DNA of 64,000 nt from Actinomycetes bacterium (GTDB lineage Bacteria; Actinomycetota; Actinomycetes; DATJPE01), in assembly GCA_031430645.1 (NCBI GenBank), contig JANPBY010000080.1, positions 3,573 through 67,572 of the forward strand, written 5' to 3'. The notes under the pieces were generated by a model. It did no database searches and was not told the DNA's origin. It saw only the letters and a list, made by a program, of their open reading frames with translations. The translations under genes and the position numbers were made by a program. This document shows positions 63,241 to 64,000 of this stretch, piece after piece (the first letter of the stretch is position 1; the number at the start of each line of letters is the position of its first letter).

Positions 63241-64000
63241 TCATGAAAGCGGAGCATGCATCGAGGGGCGAGTGCGCCAGCCGTACGTCAGACCGCCAGC
63301 AGCCCAGCACGCCACGGCGAGGCTGACGACCAGCGCTGACCTCCCCCCAGCGGGGAGCAGCAAGGCCGCCACGATCCCCGCAGAGACGAACCCCACGTTG
63401 AATACGAGGTCGTACACCGCGAACACCCGCCCACGGTAGGTGTCCTCGATCCCGGCCTGCACGATCGTGTCGACGCAGATCTTCAACGCCTGCCCCGCGC
63501 CGGCGATCAGTGCAGCGGACGCGAGTAAGGCGTTGGACGTGAACGCCAGCCCCAGCACCAACTCACCCGCGGCCGCCACGAGCAGTGCGGACGCGATAAC
63601 CCGCGCCGGACCGAACCGTCGGGCGAGCGAAGGCGCCACCAGGGCCGCGCACAGGATCCCCACCCCGCCGAACACGAACGCTGTCCCAAGGTCGGCGAGC
63701 CCCGCATCTGGGTCGGCCACGTCGTTGTACGTCGACCGGAACAACAGGATCGCGCTCACCGTGATGAGCCCCCAGCCGACCCGGAATGCCCCGAGCGCGC
63801 CGATCGCGTCACGCACCGGGCCTCGCGACCACAGGTGGGCGGCGCCTTCAAGGAATCCCCGAAACACGGACCTGACCGCCGCTCGTACTTCGGGCGGTGC
63901 GTCTTCCAGGTCCGGACCGAGCTGACGTCGCTGCAACAAGAGCGCGGCCAGCGTGCCGGCAAGGACGTACCCGAACGCGGCAGCCACCACGACAGCCGCG
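63241..64000 (-). CDS. MFS transporter, partial (N-terminus beyond the window end)
   Basis: Consecutive TM helices; the open frame continues to position 64000. Confidence 0.5.
   Translation of the reverse strand, partial: AAVVVAAAFGYVLAGTLAALLLQRRQLGPDLEDAPPEVRAAVRSVFRGFLEGAAHLWSRGPVRDAIGALGAFRVGWGLITVSAILLFRSTYNDVADPDAGLADLGTAFVFGGVGILCAALVAPSLARRFGPARVIASALLVAAAGELVLGLAFTSNALLASAALIAGAGQALKICVDTIVQAGIEDTYRGRVFAVYDLVFNVGFVSAGIVAALLLPAGGRSALVVSLAVACWAAGGLTYGWRTRPSMHAPLS

Overview
This is a high-GC (~70%) actinobacterial chromosome segment covering the replication origin and the conserved cell-division/cell-wall clusters on either side of it. The coordinates are the six-frame ORF track's, with over-long ORFs re-trimmed to the most plausible start. 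The line of reasoning, in brief, was synteny first, then motifs, then intergenic structure. Coordinates of motifs that I placed by hand-counting positions may be off by about 1 nt.

Left to right, the window holds:
- A partial FG-GAP secreted protein, a CoA-transferase, and a nitronate monooxygenase broken by a +1 frameshift in a C5 run.
- An RqlH-type RecQ helicase.
- A fasciclin lipoprotein, a sulfotransferase-like gene and a convergent MmpL transporter.
- A NarL-type two-component system followed by MOSC, membrane and LOR genes.
- tRNA-Leu, then fhaA-fhaB-pstP-rodA-pbpA-pknB with no pknA, and on the minus strand trpG, a small membrane ORF, a class E sortase, a DUF881 gene, then crgA.
- Cupin, nitrilase, thiolase, rhomboid and ppiA genes.
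- tRNA-Ala, an ABC-2 exporter, a DLW-39 microprotein, tRNA-Ile, and DUF3566-gyrA-gyrB-dciA-recF-dnaN-[oriC]-dnaA.
- rpmH-rnpA-yidD-yidC-jag-rsmG-parA-parB.
- ddl, a PLP aminotransferase, cwlM, trxA-trxB, an anti-sigma/ECF sigma pair, a standalone pseudokinase plus ectodomain protein, an NlpC/P60 peptidase, murJ, an Rv3909-like protein, a NUDIX hydrolase, the CCA-adding enzyme and a partial MFS transporter.

I saw no transposase, integrase, CRISPR array, prophage or recognisable defence system; this looks like core chromosome. The observations most worth follow-up are:
1. A SigR/SigH-type promoter (GGAAT-N18-GTT) upstream of trxBA.
2. A 63-bp near-perfect palindrome between the ABC permease and the DLW-39 gene.
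3. The split MviN architecture, with MurJ and the pseudokinase-ectodomain encoded separately.
4. The fasciclin / sulfotransferase / MmpL neighbourhood.
5. DnaA-box clusters on both sides of dnaA, including tandem 16-bp repeats.
6. A 15-bp triple direct repeat just upstream of the nitrilase.
7. The homopolymer frameshift in the nitronate monooxygenase.
8. Three tRNAs without an encoded CCA, alongside the CCA-adding enzyme.
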